A stretch of 64,000 nucleotides of DNA from Octopus sinensis. Its lineage: Eukaryota. The notes under the pieces were generated by a model. The model saw only the letters and a list, made by a program, of their open reading frames with translations, made no database searches and had not been told where the DNA came from. Below, piece after piece: positions 24,120 to 35,599 of this stretch. The number at the start of each line of letters is the position of its first letter. Within the stretch, counting starts at the first letter, position 1. The translations under genes were made by a program, and so were the position numbers. The stretch covers positions 34,286,001 through 34,350,000 of the forward strand of contig NC_043006.1 in the NCBI RefSeq assembly GCF_006345805.1, in the 5' to 3' direction.

Positions 24120-26567
24120 ATTGGAACTGTCTAAAGTGAAATATTCTGAGCAAAATGATTTAACTGTCCACTGGTCATTTCATCTCTACAGAGAAGGTAC
24201 AACAGACTTTAATCCTTTAGCATTTAAACTGGTCATGTCTGACCCAAATATTCTGCCAGTTTTATGTTCAACACAGCCAGATCTGGCCTCTCGCACTCAT
24301 CCTACAATGACATTCTAAAAATAAACAATGACATCATCAAAAATCTCAAAGCTACAAGATAATGCATGATTAATTCAAAACAATGTGAATAAATAAGTGT
24401 TATACTTGACAGAGTCATGCCAAAGGCTTAAACAGTTAATGCATTTCAGCTTCTGTGCTTGCCTAAATCTTCATTTTGAGCAGACATCTTTTGACAAGTT
24501 AAAAAGGGAACCTCCCTGTTAGAAATAGCAACCAAATCCTACAAACATTTCTATCTTAAGAAAGAAAAAAAATAAAAGACCAGAAGACAAGATGATCAGA
24601 GCTGCACCATATTTCATCCTTAAGTGTACTGGGTCCAGGCTGACCTGGGGTTAAACAACAGCAAACGACCAATCAATAATCCTGCTCGATCAGCTTAGTC
24701 TGTTAAGGAGGAGGGTTGGTGCAGGATTTGATAATAGATAAGTCATAATTGCTTCGTTAAAGAGTTTACTTTGGCCAAGCTGTTTATTATATCAAAACAA
24801 TACAGTTTATTCTAAGCAGTTGAACTTAATGATAAAGAGACAATGGAAGAACACAAAGAATTTCTTTTTACTTTCTCTTGTATTTATGTATTTATTTTTG
24901 GTAACTGAAAATTAATGAGACGGAATTATTTGTTAATGTAAGGAGACAAAAAGAAAATGTCCTTCATTCAGAATCTTACAAGGAACATAGATTTTTGGGC
25001 TATTTATCAGAAACTGGTACAAGATTGTTTGGTGTTGATGTTTTTGAAAGAGTGGCATTCATTCCTATCCAAATCTATCATGAACATAATGTCACATAAG
25101 CTAAGCACCGTCCCTTAAAAGTTGTTCTCATATCTCACTTCTAGGAATTAGGGCTGCAGTTTCCAATTACTTTCTTGCAGAACTCTTATTTTCATTTTAC
25201 AGTCATCTTACACCACTCTAATCTTAAAGCATTAGATGAAGCAAAAATTAAATTAGAGAAAGAATTAGTTCATATAAAAATCCTATACTGTATTTGATGG
25301 CCCGAAGAGGCATTTTGAAAAAGAAAGGAAAAAAAAGAAAGAAGGTGGGCAAAAATGGATGATCCCCTATGGATCCTGAGGCGGTGGGAGGGAAGGAAGG
25401 ACTTCTGGACATGAAGGAGGAACTCCACCCTCCCGTCGTAAAGGAGAAAAGAAAAAGAATGGGACACCACCGGCAGTTGATAGTGAACTGTCAGCATGCC
25501 CGGAAACTTTGTCGGTGGGATGTGTGCCACTGACAGAGGAAAAAGCAGCCCCTCCCAGGAGACATGATTTTGTCATCATCTTCCAGAAGGGAGGGGCAAT
25601 ACAGAGCTGGATGACCGGAGGAAGGAGCCCATGCCCTGGACAGAGGACGAGGAGTTGTCTTCGCAGGAGGCTATGAAGGTCATATCGGATGTTGCTATGG
25701 TCAGGGTGATGAACACCTTCTCAAAGGACATGTTTAGATAGGTCTTTTGTTTTTCTGTAAATTTCAACTATATATATATATAAAGCTGACTGAGACCCCT
25801 TCCTTTTACCTCTAACAAAAGGAGAATCCCCATATCAAAACACAGGTCCATCCATGCCAGCATGGAAGGTAGATGTTAAATGATGCTGATGATGATGGTG
25901 CTTACTAGCCCCAGACTTGACTCCCAACTCCCTGGTTTGGTCTGACTTACAGCTGGAATGCCTTTACTCAGAAATAAGCATTTGATCTACTCGATGAGGG
26001 TTGGACCAGGGTTAAACAATGACATGACTTCTTATATTGTCTGTGTGTCTCTTAATGTCTTCCTTGGCTATTTAGATATCTTATTTAGATATTTAAACGT
26101 ACTAATGAGGAAATCTGGTTTAGAAATTAATTATCAGAGAGAGAGAGAGAGAGGTAAGCTAAGCATAACAATAAGTTCAATGTTGACTGAAGCTTTCATC
26201 TTCCTTCCATTAACAGCAGGCTTCAATTGAGAGACTTGTTGTTGTTAACTTTCAGTTTTACTACCCTGACTAGTATGTGTTTGGATGTACACACATACAC
26301 GAGTGTATAAATGTGCATCATCTCCTCATGTGGGGGTATTTAGCTGTGTGTATGTGCATACCTCTTTCTGTGAGTATGACTAGACATGAGAAAGAGAGAG
26401 AGAGAGAAAGAGTGAGTGCTTTTCAGCGTGAGTGTGTATGTGAGTGTAGTTGAAAGACATCTGTTGTTATTTCTTGTTGTTTGTATTCGTAATTGTGTAC
26501 CATGTTCTCCATTTTGTTTGTGTGTGTTTTTATCTTTGTTGCCATACACATTCGCAAGCTTTCTTAC

Positions 26568-26696
26568 AAAGGAGTCTAATACTCTTAGCTTAGACTTTTT
26601 GGGGGGCAACCAGATCAAACCACCTTGAGTGTAACTGCCCGAAATGGTTGTGACTTCTGGGACTTGACTGATGATAGAAAGCCAAGAACGATCCAT
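26568..26696 (-). CDS. Weak candidate alternative first exon D (MDRSWLSIIS...KKSKLRVLDSF)
   Basis: ATG, 43 codons, phase-0 donor TTT|GTAAGA; would give LDSF|GVNGF. The exon-side consensus is weak and the adjacent DNA is not CpG-rich. Confidence 0.3.
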
Positions 26697-27450
26697 CTTT
26701 TTTTGCCTGTCCTTCTAATTGCTGTTTCTCTTGCCCATCTTTGTATTGTTTATTTGTCCGAACGTCTTAATGCCCACTATTGCGTTTTCGTTCCATTTTT
26801 ATATTTAGATATATATACATTACGTATATCTGCAAGTAGTGTGTGTGAGTTTGTGGTAAATTACTATTAATAGTTTTAATGCAAAAACCACTAAAAATCT
26901 AATAATAAATAATTAGGTGATGATGTAAAAACAATATTAGTCAGTAACTAATATTATTTTAATTTTCCCCTCCACCACCTTCAGCAAGTATAGGAGAAAA
27001 TTCTGATCATGTTTCACTCTTATTCTGACCTCATCAGCATGCATATCCTAGTATATCCTTCAGAAAAACTTGCTGTGAAGTAAGAACGAATGAACCAGAA
27101 AGTAAATTTACAAGATAGAAAAATTTACTTATAGAGAAAAAACCAGAGTGTTCTGAGAGGAATTTATCAGAAATAAACGTTTAAAGATAAGATAGAACAT
27201 CTGCAGTGGCAGCACTTTAAAGTGCTATTCCTTTTATGTTGCTCGAACTACCTACGATATTCTAAATCTTCTTAAATCAGCATCTATCAGGAGTACCCTA
27301 TGGTACCATTCTCCAGCACATTTCTTTTCTCTTCATCCAGCATAATTCTTCATCATTATTAGGAATTTTCTTTTTCACAACAACCTGACCCAATCAGTAG
27401 TATAGTTGTCTCAATGCATCCATCCATACGCTAACATAATTTAATGTTTG

Positions 27451-27488
<38 letters not shown>

Positions 27489-27645
27489 TTATGAGAGAGG
27501 TGGGGGGGGAAGAGAGAAATGGGAAGGTAATGTTAGAAAGCTTGAGAAAGCTTATGTTTGGTGACAACCCCCCCAGGGGCTTCAAACTGAAACTATTTCC
27601 TGTCTGCACTGCGTCTTAACATGTCTTAACATATTGTTTTGAGAA

Positions 27646-27707
27646 ATAGACAGACAGATAGATAGACAGACAGATAGATAGAAAGATAAACAGAAAGATA
27701 GATAGAC

Positions 27708-27754
<47 letters not shown>

Positions 27755-28045
27755 CAGAAAGATAGATAGATAGATAGACAGAAAGATAGACAGAAAGATA
27801 GATAGACAGAAAGATAGATAGATAGATAGACAGAAAGATAGACAGAAAGATAGATAGATAGACAGAAAGATAGATAGATAGATAGATAGACAGAAAGATA
27901 GATAGATAGATGGAAAGATAGCTAGATAGATGGAAAGATAGCTAGATAGATGGAAAGATAGACAGATAGATGGAAAGATAGACAGACAGACAGAAAGATA
28001 GATAGATAAATAAATAGATAGATAGAGTGATGGATGGAGACAAAT
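27646..28045. repeat. About 400-bp compound (AGAT/AGAC/AAAG)n microsatellite
   Basis: Seen directly; it explains track ORF 27626..28087. Confidence 0.95.
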
Positions 28046-28477
28046 GATGTCATAGTTACATACATACAAACAGATAGGGACAGACAAATATAGAGACAGA
28101 GGCAGGTAGAGATAGGCAGATTACTGATAGATACTGAGCCACAAAGACATATTTAGACATATATAGACATTAAAAAAACCCCAGATTGGTAGGCATGAGA
28201 GGGAGAGAGAGAGAGAGACATGGGCATATATTAAATACCTAAGGCACATTGGTGTGTATATGTTTTGTTGATACAATGGGAATTCAGAAATAACTGCAAC
28301 AAAGATGAAGAAAAATAATGAGATTGTTAATCTGGGTAACTGAATAATTGCAAGCTACCACATCTACGGCGACAATTAAGTTAATGAGCCAACGTGGGAT
28401 TTTTCTGTGTTTATTTGCCATGCTAGAAATAGCAGTCAATTGTCTCATAAAATCACTGAAAGGAAACATTGGATGAT

Positions 28478-28858
28478 GTACATTATTTACATTTGACGAA
28501 TTTTTGTCCTAATCTTGTTTATTAACACAATGTTTCGGTTGATATACCCTCCAGCCTTCATCAGGTGTCTAGGGGAAATTTCAAACCTGGGTTCTCATTC
28601 CTAAGGTGGTTAAGAGCACAGGCTACTAACCCCAAGATTTCGAGTTCAATTCCAGGCAGTGACCTGAATAATAATAATGATAATAATAGTAATAACATCT
28701 GAAAAATACCTTAGAAATGAGAATCTAGGTTCGAAATTCCCCCAGGAGACCTGATGAAGGTTGGAACTGAAAAGTTGTGTTAACAAACAAAATGAGGACA
28801 AATATCCGTCAAATGTAAATAATGTATATTTCCTCATCTCTCAAATATAGAACTGTAT
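28478..28858. mobile_element. Same repeat, inverted arm pair (copy 1, more decayed)
   Basis: Minus arm 28478-28608 has a hammerhead at 28524-28569 with core boxes retained and one stem II mismatch. The plus arm starts at the tRNA-like head ggttaagagcacaggctactaaccccaagatttcgagttcaattcc. Confidence 0.75.
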
Positions 28859-29549
28859 TGGATGATGTAGTCCGAGATACATAAATAGTTGGTTTAGTCA
28901 TGGCTGGAGTGCTTTTAATCTGGCAAACTGTATCTCCTATGCTTGTCCTTTTATTATACTTTAAGTCTCAGCACCTAGCATAAACCCATCTTCCCCACCA
29001 CATGCACTCTCCTTTACCATGATCTTTGTGACCCCTGCTAATGCCAGGGGCATGAAAAAAGCACCTCCTACACTCTGTAAAGTGGTTGGTATTAGAAAAG
29101 GTATCAAGTGATAGGTACCATGCCAAAGCAGTCCTACAGCCCGCTGGATCCTGTCAAACCGTCCAACCCATGCCAACATGGACAAAACTTTAAATGATGT
29201 TGAGGATGACATCCACAAAAATTAACTTGGATAAACGAGAGATGTGGGACCTTCTTTGTAGCTGCTTCCCCTGCTAGGCTGACTTTTAGCTTTTGGTCAC
29301 TTCACTGGATCTGCTAGAAACAGCAACAAAATGTCTTTCAATTGCATCACACCAATAAGTCACTGAGGAACCTCTGTATGGTTGTTTGACCAACTAGAAA
29401 TGGCAACTAAATCTCCCTCAAATTAAACCTAGCATTTTAGAAATGGACACACTCAATTCTCTGCAAATCTTTCATCTTTTACTTGTATCACTGCAGCCAT
29501 TCTGGGACACCACTTTAAATACCAACACACATGCACAAATATACATGCA

Positions 29550-29945
29550 CTAGCAGTATCGCCCGGCGTTGCTCGGGTTGTAAGGGAAATAACTATATAA
29601 GCATTTTTAGAGAGTTATAGCCAAAAAATAGCAAAAAAATGCATTAAAAATTGAAAAAAAATTAAGGTAAATTTTTTTTTTAAATCGTTGACACATCGTA
29701 GATATTTTTAGAGAGTTACTTCCCTTATATAAAAGCGGAAAAAATGCATTAAAATGGAAAAATATGATGGTAAATTTTTTTAAAATCGTAGACTCATCGT
29801 AGGCGCGCGCTAATACCCAGAAGGGCTCAATATGAATCACGACTATAAGATACCCGCTTTTGGTTAAACTGCACCGCAAAATGTGGGAGTAGTTACGAAT
29901 CTAAATCGAACGGGACAGACACACAACTTCACTCTTATATAAAGA
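29550..29945 (-). mobile_element. Non-autonomous Helitron (same 3' end, different 5' half)
   Basis: Minus strand A|TCTTTATATA ... cccgagcaacgccgggcgatactgCTAG|T. The 3' ~100 nt match 23505-23604. Confidence 0.75.
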
Positions 29946-30948
29946 TGCTTTTTTTTTTTCAGTCATAGAGTTAGATTTATGAAGGTCTTCAGTAGAAAAT
30001 CCTTCGAATTCTGACTCGCTGCTTGATATAATGAAATTCGTATCCATTTTTTGTCAGAATTACAAATTTTGAAAACACAATAGGAACAAATTTTGGAAAA
30101 AAATCTCCCATAATTCACGGAATTAAAATTACACTTCGATTTTTGTACAAAACTGTATTTGAAGTGTTTACGAAGTATAATACGTGTTTTCACGAATGTA
30201 CTAAAGAGATTTACTCTGATATTCTCATTTAAATATGAATAGGTAAATTCGGGCGGTTTGGTAACGAAAGGGTTTATATAAGTGTCGTCTGTTTATACAT
30301 AAACACTGTTTCATACTGTCGCTAATTTACTCTCTTCCAAGAACATTTTCACTCACTCTTATCTGTTAGCTTCCCATACATTTTACTCATGTATCTATCA
30401 GCATGATAGAGAGAAACAAATATTACATCTAGTTTCACTTTATTCGTTGCACACTGTGTGTGTGCGTTTGCGTGTGCTGTAAACCAAACTAAGAAAAGCA
30501 TTTGACACACACACCAGAATGTGAGTTTTCTGTAAATTTTGCTTAATTGGAGTTTAAATTTTAAAAACTGGACCTGGCATGACGCGATGCATTGTACTCT
30601 TAAAAATGCTAGGTAAATTGTAATTGAAGAAATCCTATATTGTAGATTTGTATAACTCCCAAAGGGAGGCAGATAAAATCTGCCTTTTATAATAAGAGAT
30701 AATTATATTTGGGGATAAGCCTTATAGGATACTGTGTAAAGCACATCCACTGTTACTGGCTACCTGGTGTCAACATCAGTATATGCTACTGGATTTATTT
30801 CATGAATTCCTTGAGGTCTGAGGAGTTTTATATAAATAGATCAGGCACAGAAAATGGAATTCATGGGATTCTTTATTCAAATCCACTACAATTGTTTCAA
30901 CATTTGTTTCTTATGAAAACTGCTAGAATGTAGCAAACCATCTAAAAA

Positions 30949-31606
30949 TACATAATTTACATTAGACGGATATTTATCCTCATCTTGTTTGTTGTTAACA
31001 CAATGTTTTGGCTGATATACCCTCCAGCTTTCATCAGGTGTCTTGGGGAAATTTCGAACCTGGGTTCTCATTCCTAAGGTATTTTTCGATATTTTTATTA
31101 TTATTATTATTATTATTATTACTACTACTAATCTGGTCACTGCCTGGAATTGAACTCAGATGACTTTTGAGTTTCATAAACTTCTTAATCTGGTGTGTCT
31201 TCACAATTTCAAATTCTTTCTTTTCCAGATCTTGTTGGATTCTCTTTCTATCATCATCTCTGGTTATTTTCCCAAGTGATGAAGATAACCTCTCTTTGAT
31301 TTTGTTATTTAGTTGATGTTTTTTCCAATGGTTGTAATAGATCCTCTCATGGATGAGGGCATGTCCTGCCCTTTCCGCTACTCTTCTAGCTTTATATGAA
31401 TCCACTGTGACCTGAATAATAATAATAATGACATCGAAAAATACCCTAGGAACGAGAACACAGGTTTGAAATTTCCCTAAGCCGCCTGAAGAAGGCTGGA
31501 GGGTATATCAGCCAAAACGTTGTTTTAACAACAAACAAGATGAGGACAAATATCCGTCAAATGTAAATAATGTACATAATTCCTCATCTCTTAAATATAG
31601 AACTGC
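30949..31606. mobile_element. Same repeat, inverted arms enclosing a Penelope ORF fragment (copy 2)
   Basis: Arms at about 30949-31160 (-) and 31407-31606 (+). The insert 31160-31405 (-) encodes DSYKARRVAERAGHALIHERIYYNHWKKHQL..., resembling the N-terminal region of Penelope ORFs. Both hammerheads have GAAA changed to AAAA. Confidence 0.75.
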
Positions 31607-33368
31607 ATTATTAGTATTATTGTTTGGTATTCATAAATAATCTACATAATTCCTCATCTCTTAAATGTAGAAAAAAAACCTAAAAATATATCTTAATAGA
31701 GCTGGGTGAAATGGAAGGAAGAAAGAGTGAGGTACTTGTTTAAAAAGTCACCTGAGGAGATACAAGATAATTGATTGTTCAGCATCTCACACACAAAAAA
31801 AAAACACGGGTGACAGTCTGCCTTGTCGACCATTGATTGTTCAGCATCTCACCTGTGAGGTACAAATGCAGGAAGAGTTGAAACAATTGTAGAGGATTTG
31901 AATAAATGAATCTAGTGGGTTCCATTTTCTGTCCCTGACTAATTAATTAATACATACACACATTGACGAGCATATACACACACAAAGAAACAAAAACAAA
32001 TTCCTTCATGTTAAGTTATCAGGAATGTTTATATTGAGACTGCAAGACGATGTTAATGGCGGGGGTGGGTGGGGGGCAGAAATAACTATCATAGACTTGT
32101 GGGGGAGGGGATTGGGTGAAAAGATGGAAGATCTGTGAAAAAAAAAAAACCCAAAAAAAACAAAGAAAAAATCTGTGTATGTCCTGTATTGTGTCTCATT
32201 CAATTGGGATTGCTGACTAACAGTGACAAATCTGATAACTGAAAAATGGAAATGGGACATTAACAACAAATTAAACATCAACTAATAACATTAATTATGT
32301 TTTGTTTTTTTTTAAATAATTTTTTTATGATAATTTACGGTTTTGTTTTTGTTTACAGCTTGGAGACACACAGAGAAAGAGGATAAAGAGAGAGAGGGGA
32401 AGAAAGAGAGAGGGAGAGAGAGAGATTTAAACACACACACACACACATTATACATTTTTCCCAATCATCATCATTACAACAAATTGTTAAACTAAATCTT
32501 ACTCCGCCTTGCCCCCCCCCCACCTCCCAGCACATTAAAATCTGTGCCACCTTCTTCTCCAGGCTTGTCATCACCACTCCCAAGTTCCCTAACTTATTAA
32601 ATTTCATAACATCACTTTCACTACACCCACTACTACCCGTCCCAATTTTGAAATTACCACCATCACCACCACCACGACCTTCATTTCAGAACTGTCACTT
32701 TCACATAGTATTACCACTATGCTGAGAGAGAGAAGCGGGGGGGGGGGTGAGAAAGTGGCAAGGTGAGTGAAAGAGACAGAGATGGGGAGTGGGGTTAGAG
32801 AGACAGACTGATACATTACTAAACCATATATTACTCCCACTGTCACCTCTGTCACTTCCTTTTAGGAGTAAGAATAGAGGACAAACAGATAGAAAGACAG
32901 ACAGACAAAAGTATACCACAGTTATCATAGTCATCACCATTATATTTAACGATCTACAAATATCGAGAGGAGAGAGAGATACCTCTATATGGTTATTCGA
33001 TCTGCTAGAAATAATAGCTAAATCTTTATTGAATGACATACCACCATCTTAAATAACGTTGAGTACACTCAACAATGTAGCCCTAGATATACTATACTTA
33101 GAAAAATAAGAGATGGTCATGGCTGGAATTCAATCATAGATCAGTTCAATTAGGGTAGACCTAAAGCTAACCCATCCATCTCCATCTTCCATTTCATAAT
33201 AATTTCACAATACACCACCCTCTAACACACAATCACCAATGTCACAGCTCAGGAGGAAGAGAAATTCAAAATGAATGCAACCAGAATTAAAATCAAGTCT
33301 AAGGAAAGATTTCGCTTTTGGATTTGGTTTGCCAGATTTTTATGTGAATTCGTGTGTTGAAGCATATT

Positions 33369-33614
33369 TTATTGTGTCTGGGGAGAGTCATTCTTTTTTA
33401 GTGCCTTATAATTTAACAAACTCACTAGTTCGATTTCCACTCAATTATTTAGTCTTTCTAAAATTTTTGTAGCGTCTTGCAACCTTTTCAATAGGTGTTG
33501 ATTCTGTCCATTCAATGACTATTGAAAAGGTTGCAAGACGCAGTGAAAATCAAACTGGTTAGTGTGTTAAATAATAAGGTACTAAAAGATAATAAATTTC
33601 CCCAGACACAATAA
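33369..33614. mobile_element. Fold-back (palindromic) MITE-like element
   Basis: 16-bp terminal inverted repeat TTATTGTGTCTGGGGA, imperfect outer arms, and a perfect 23-bp inner inverted repeat (33472-33494 / 33519-33541). Confidence 0.65.
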
Positions 33615-33689
33615 GGAAAGATTGTTATAGTGCAATGCCAATGAGATAATCACTACTGCAGTGGAAAGACAAGAGGAGTTATGCCAAAC

Positions 33690-33951
33690 CAGGGGTTCTC
33701 AACCATTCTTTGCCTAGGGACCCCTTAGGTTTCTATTTTCCTTGGATGGTCCCTTACAGCCATTCAATGATTAAAAAATACTATTGCATTTTCGTTATTA
33801 ATAATTATCCTGGGGAATTGTGTAAAATAATCGTTAAAATATTTTGTGTTTTGTAGAAGAATAACCAGTTTATTGCACATAAGTTTCAACAACAAAATCT
33901 TATGTGGACCCCGCCTCAAGGGTCATATAGAGCCCCAGTTGAGAAATACAG
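33690..33951. mobile_element. hAT-type MITE family (other copies about 52862-53096 and 57896-58138)
   Basis: Ends CAGGGGTTCTCAAC ... GTTGAGAA, with shared internal ccattcaatgattaaaaaa and gaccccagttgag in three copies. Confidence 0.7.
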
Positions 33952-33961
33952 TGTTAAAGCA

Positions 33962-34111
33962 ACTCAAGTATATTCAATTTACATTTGATGGATATTTGTC
34001 CTCATCTTGTTTGTTGTTAACACAACGTTTCGGCTGATATACCCTCCAGCCTTCATCAGGTGCCTTGGGGAAATTTCGAACCTAGGTTCTCATTCCTAAG
34101 GTATTTTTCAA

Positions 34112-34146
<35 letters not shown>

Positions 34147-34428
34147 CGGCCACTGCCTGGAATCGTAGTGGTTAAGAGCACGAGCTTCTAACCCCAAGAT
34201 TCCGAGTTCGATTCCAGGCAGTGACCTGAATAATAATAATAATAACATCGAAAAATACCTTAGGAATGAGAACCCAGGTTCAAAATTTCCCCAAGACACC
34301 TGATGAAGGCTGGAGGGTATATCAGCCTAAACGTTGTGTTAACAACAAACAAGATGAGGACAAATATCCGTCAAATATAAATAATGTACATAATTCCTCA
34401 TCTTTTAAATACAGAACTGTATTGAAAT
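33962..34428. mobile_element. tRNA-headed, hammerhead-containing Penelope-related repeat, inverted arm pair (copy 3)
   Basis: 33962-34163 is the reverse complement of 34209-34428. The centre (34164-34215) is tRNA-like, with A-box GTAGTGGTTAAG and B-box GAGTTCGATTCC. Each arm has an (AAT)n tract and a hammerhead; the plus-strand one has GAAA changed to TAAA. Confidence 0.8.
34019..34064 (-). ncRNA. Minimal type I hammerhead ribozyme of Penelope type with intact core
   Basis: Minus strand reads GGCAC-CTGATGA-A-GGCTG-gagggtatat-CAGCC-GAAA-CG-TT-GTGTT. Stem I is 5 bp, stem II is 5 bp, both core boxes are intact, and stem III is reduced to the palindrome ACGT. Predicted cleavage is after GUU (34024/34023). 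Confidence 0.7.
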
Positions 34429-35599
34429 TTATTATCAATACTACCTTTGGACACAAAAAGAAAAAAAGAAAACAAAACCACTAATCTTAGATGCAGTAGG
34501 CGAAAGACTGAGTTGAGAAATGGATTCAACCCTTTTAGGACTATTTCTAATGGAGTAACACTGTTTATCATCATCATCATAATGTCCCCTTTTTCTTGCT
34601 TGCAAAGGTCAGATGGAATTTGTTGAGGCAGATTTTCCATAGCTGGATGCCTTTCCTGTTGCCACACAATTGACTTTTCTGTTCCTACAATTAACCAGCC
34701 TATTGAAATGGATTCACAATAAATTAAGCACATTAAATGGCTGAGTGACTGAGCTGTGAGTACAGCCATGTATCAATCAGATGTCATTCATGAATAAACT
34801 AGATCAACTAGCTGTAAAGAAGCACCACCACCACCACCACCACTTAATGCTAACAACATGCTGTTGTTCATAATACTATTTGTTGTTTAGCCCTGGGTCA
34901 GCCGCAACTGAGTAAACCTATGACCAAAAGGTGTTTCAGCTGTGGATATTTTATTCCATGCTTTTGTACGTCAAGCCCTTCCCTTTCTTAAGGCGGTTGG
35001 GTGTGATTTGAACGTGATTTGACTGCTATTTCTTAGAGCTGCTCTAACCAAATGCTGATGTAACACAGATAAATTGTGGCACATGGAGACAAAGATTTCA
35101 ATGGTGCCCCAACAACCCACTAAACTATGGCACTCTCTATAATCTACATGACTTTCAGGAAGAGACACCACTGAACCAGTTAACTGGAAAATAGAGGCCA
35201 ATGATTATTGATGACAAAACAAATTGATTAGGATATTATTTAACCACAAGTCATCTTTGACTGAGCAGATAACAGAACACTTGTAATGCTATCTTTTCAA
35301 ACAAGATATTATAACAAACAATTTGTACCAATTATTTAATTTTAATTTTATGAAACAGCAAACACAACTAGTATAATCAGTAAAAACAGTCACCCAGTAA
35401 TTGATAGATTCAGCACGAGAATCCATTGTTCTATTCAGCCTCAAATTAGTACTTATAAGGTCGTATATCATTTGGATTTGCAAAACTGCAAAAATGTCGG
35501 ACAAAAACACTATGCATTATTTATAAGCTCTTTGCTGCCTAAGAACATAGGTCATCGGTGACCTATACTGTTGTCAACCCAGGGATTTATAGTGTGACC

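Noticed and set aside
27626-28087. 153-aa ORF (LSIYLSIY...)
   Set aside because: Translation of the (AGAT)n microsatellite.
32059-32116. G-quadruplex-capable G-run cluster
   Set aside because: G/C homopolymer runs are common in this window, and nothing links this one to a feature.
32353-32607. ATG ORF MKFNKLGNLGVVMTSLEKK as a first exon
   Set aside because: The only phase-0 GT is GTGGCA, a poor donor, and the rest is low complexity.
34164-34222. A genuine tRNA gene
   Set aside because: It lacks a 5' acceptor strand and a paired anticodon stem; it is a tRNA-derived repeat head.
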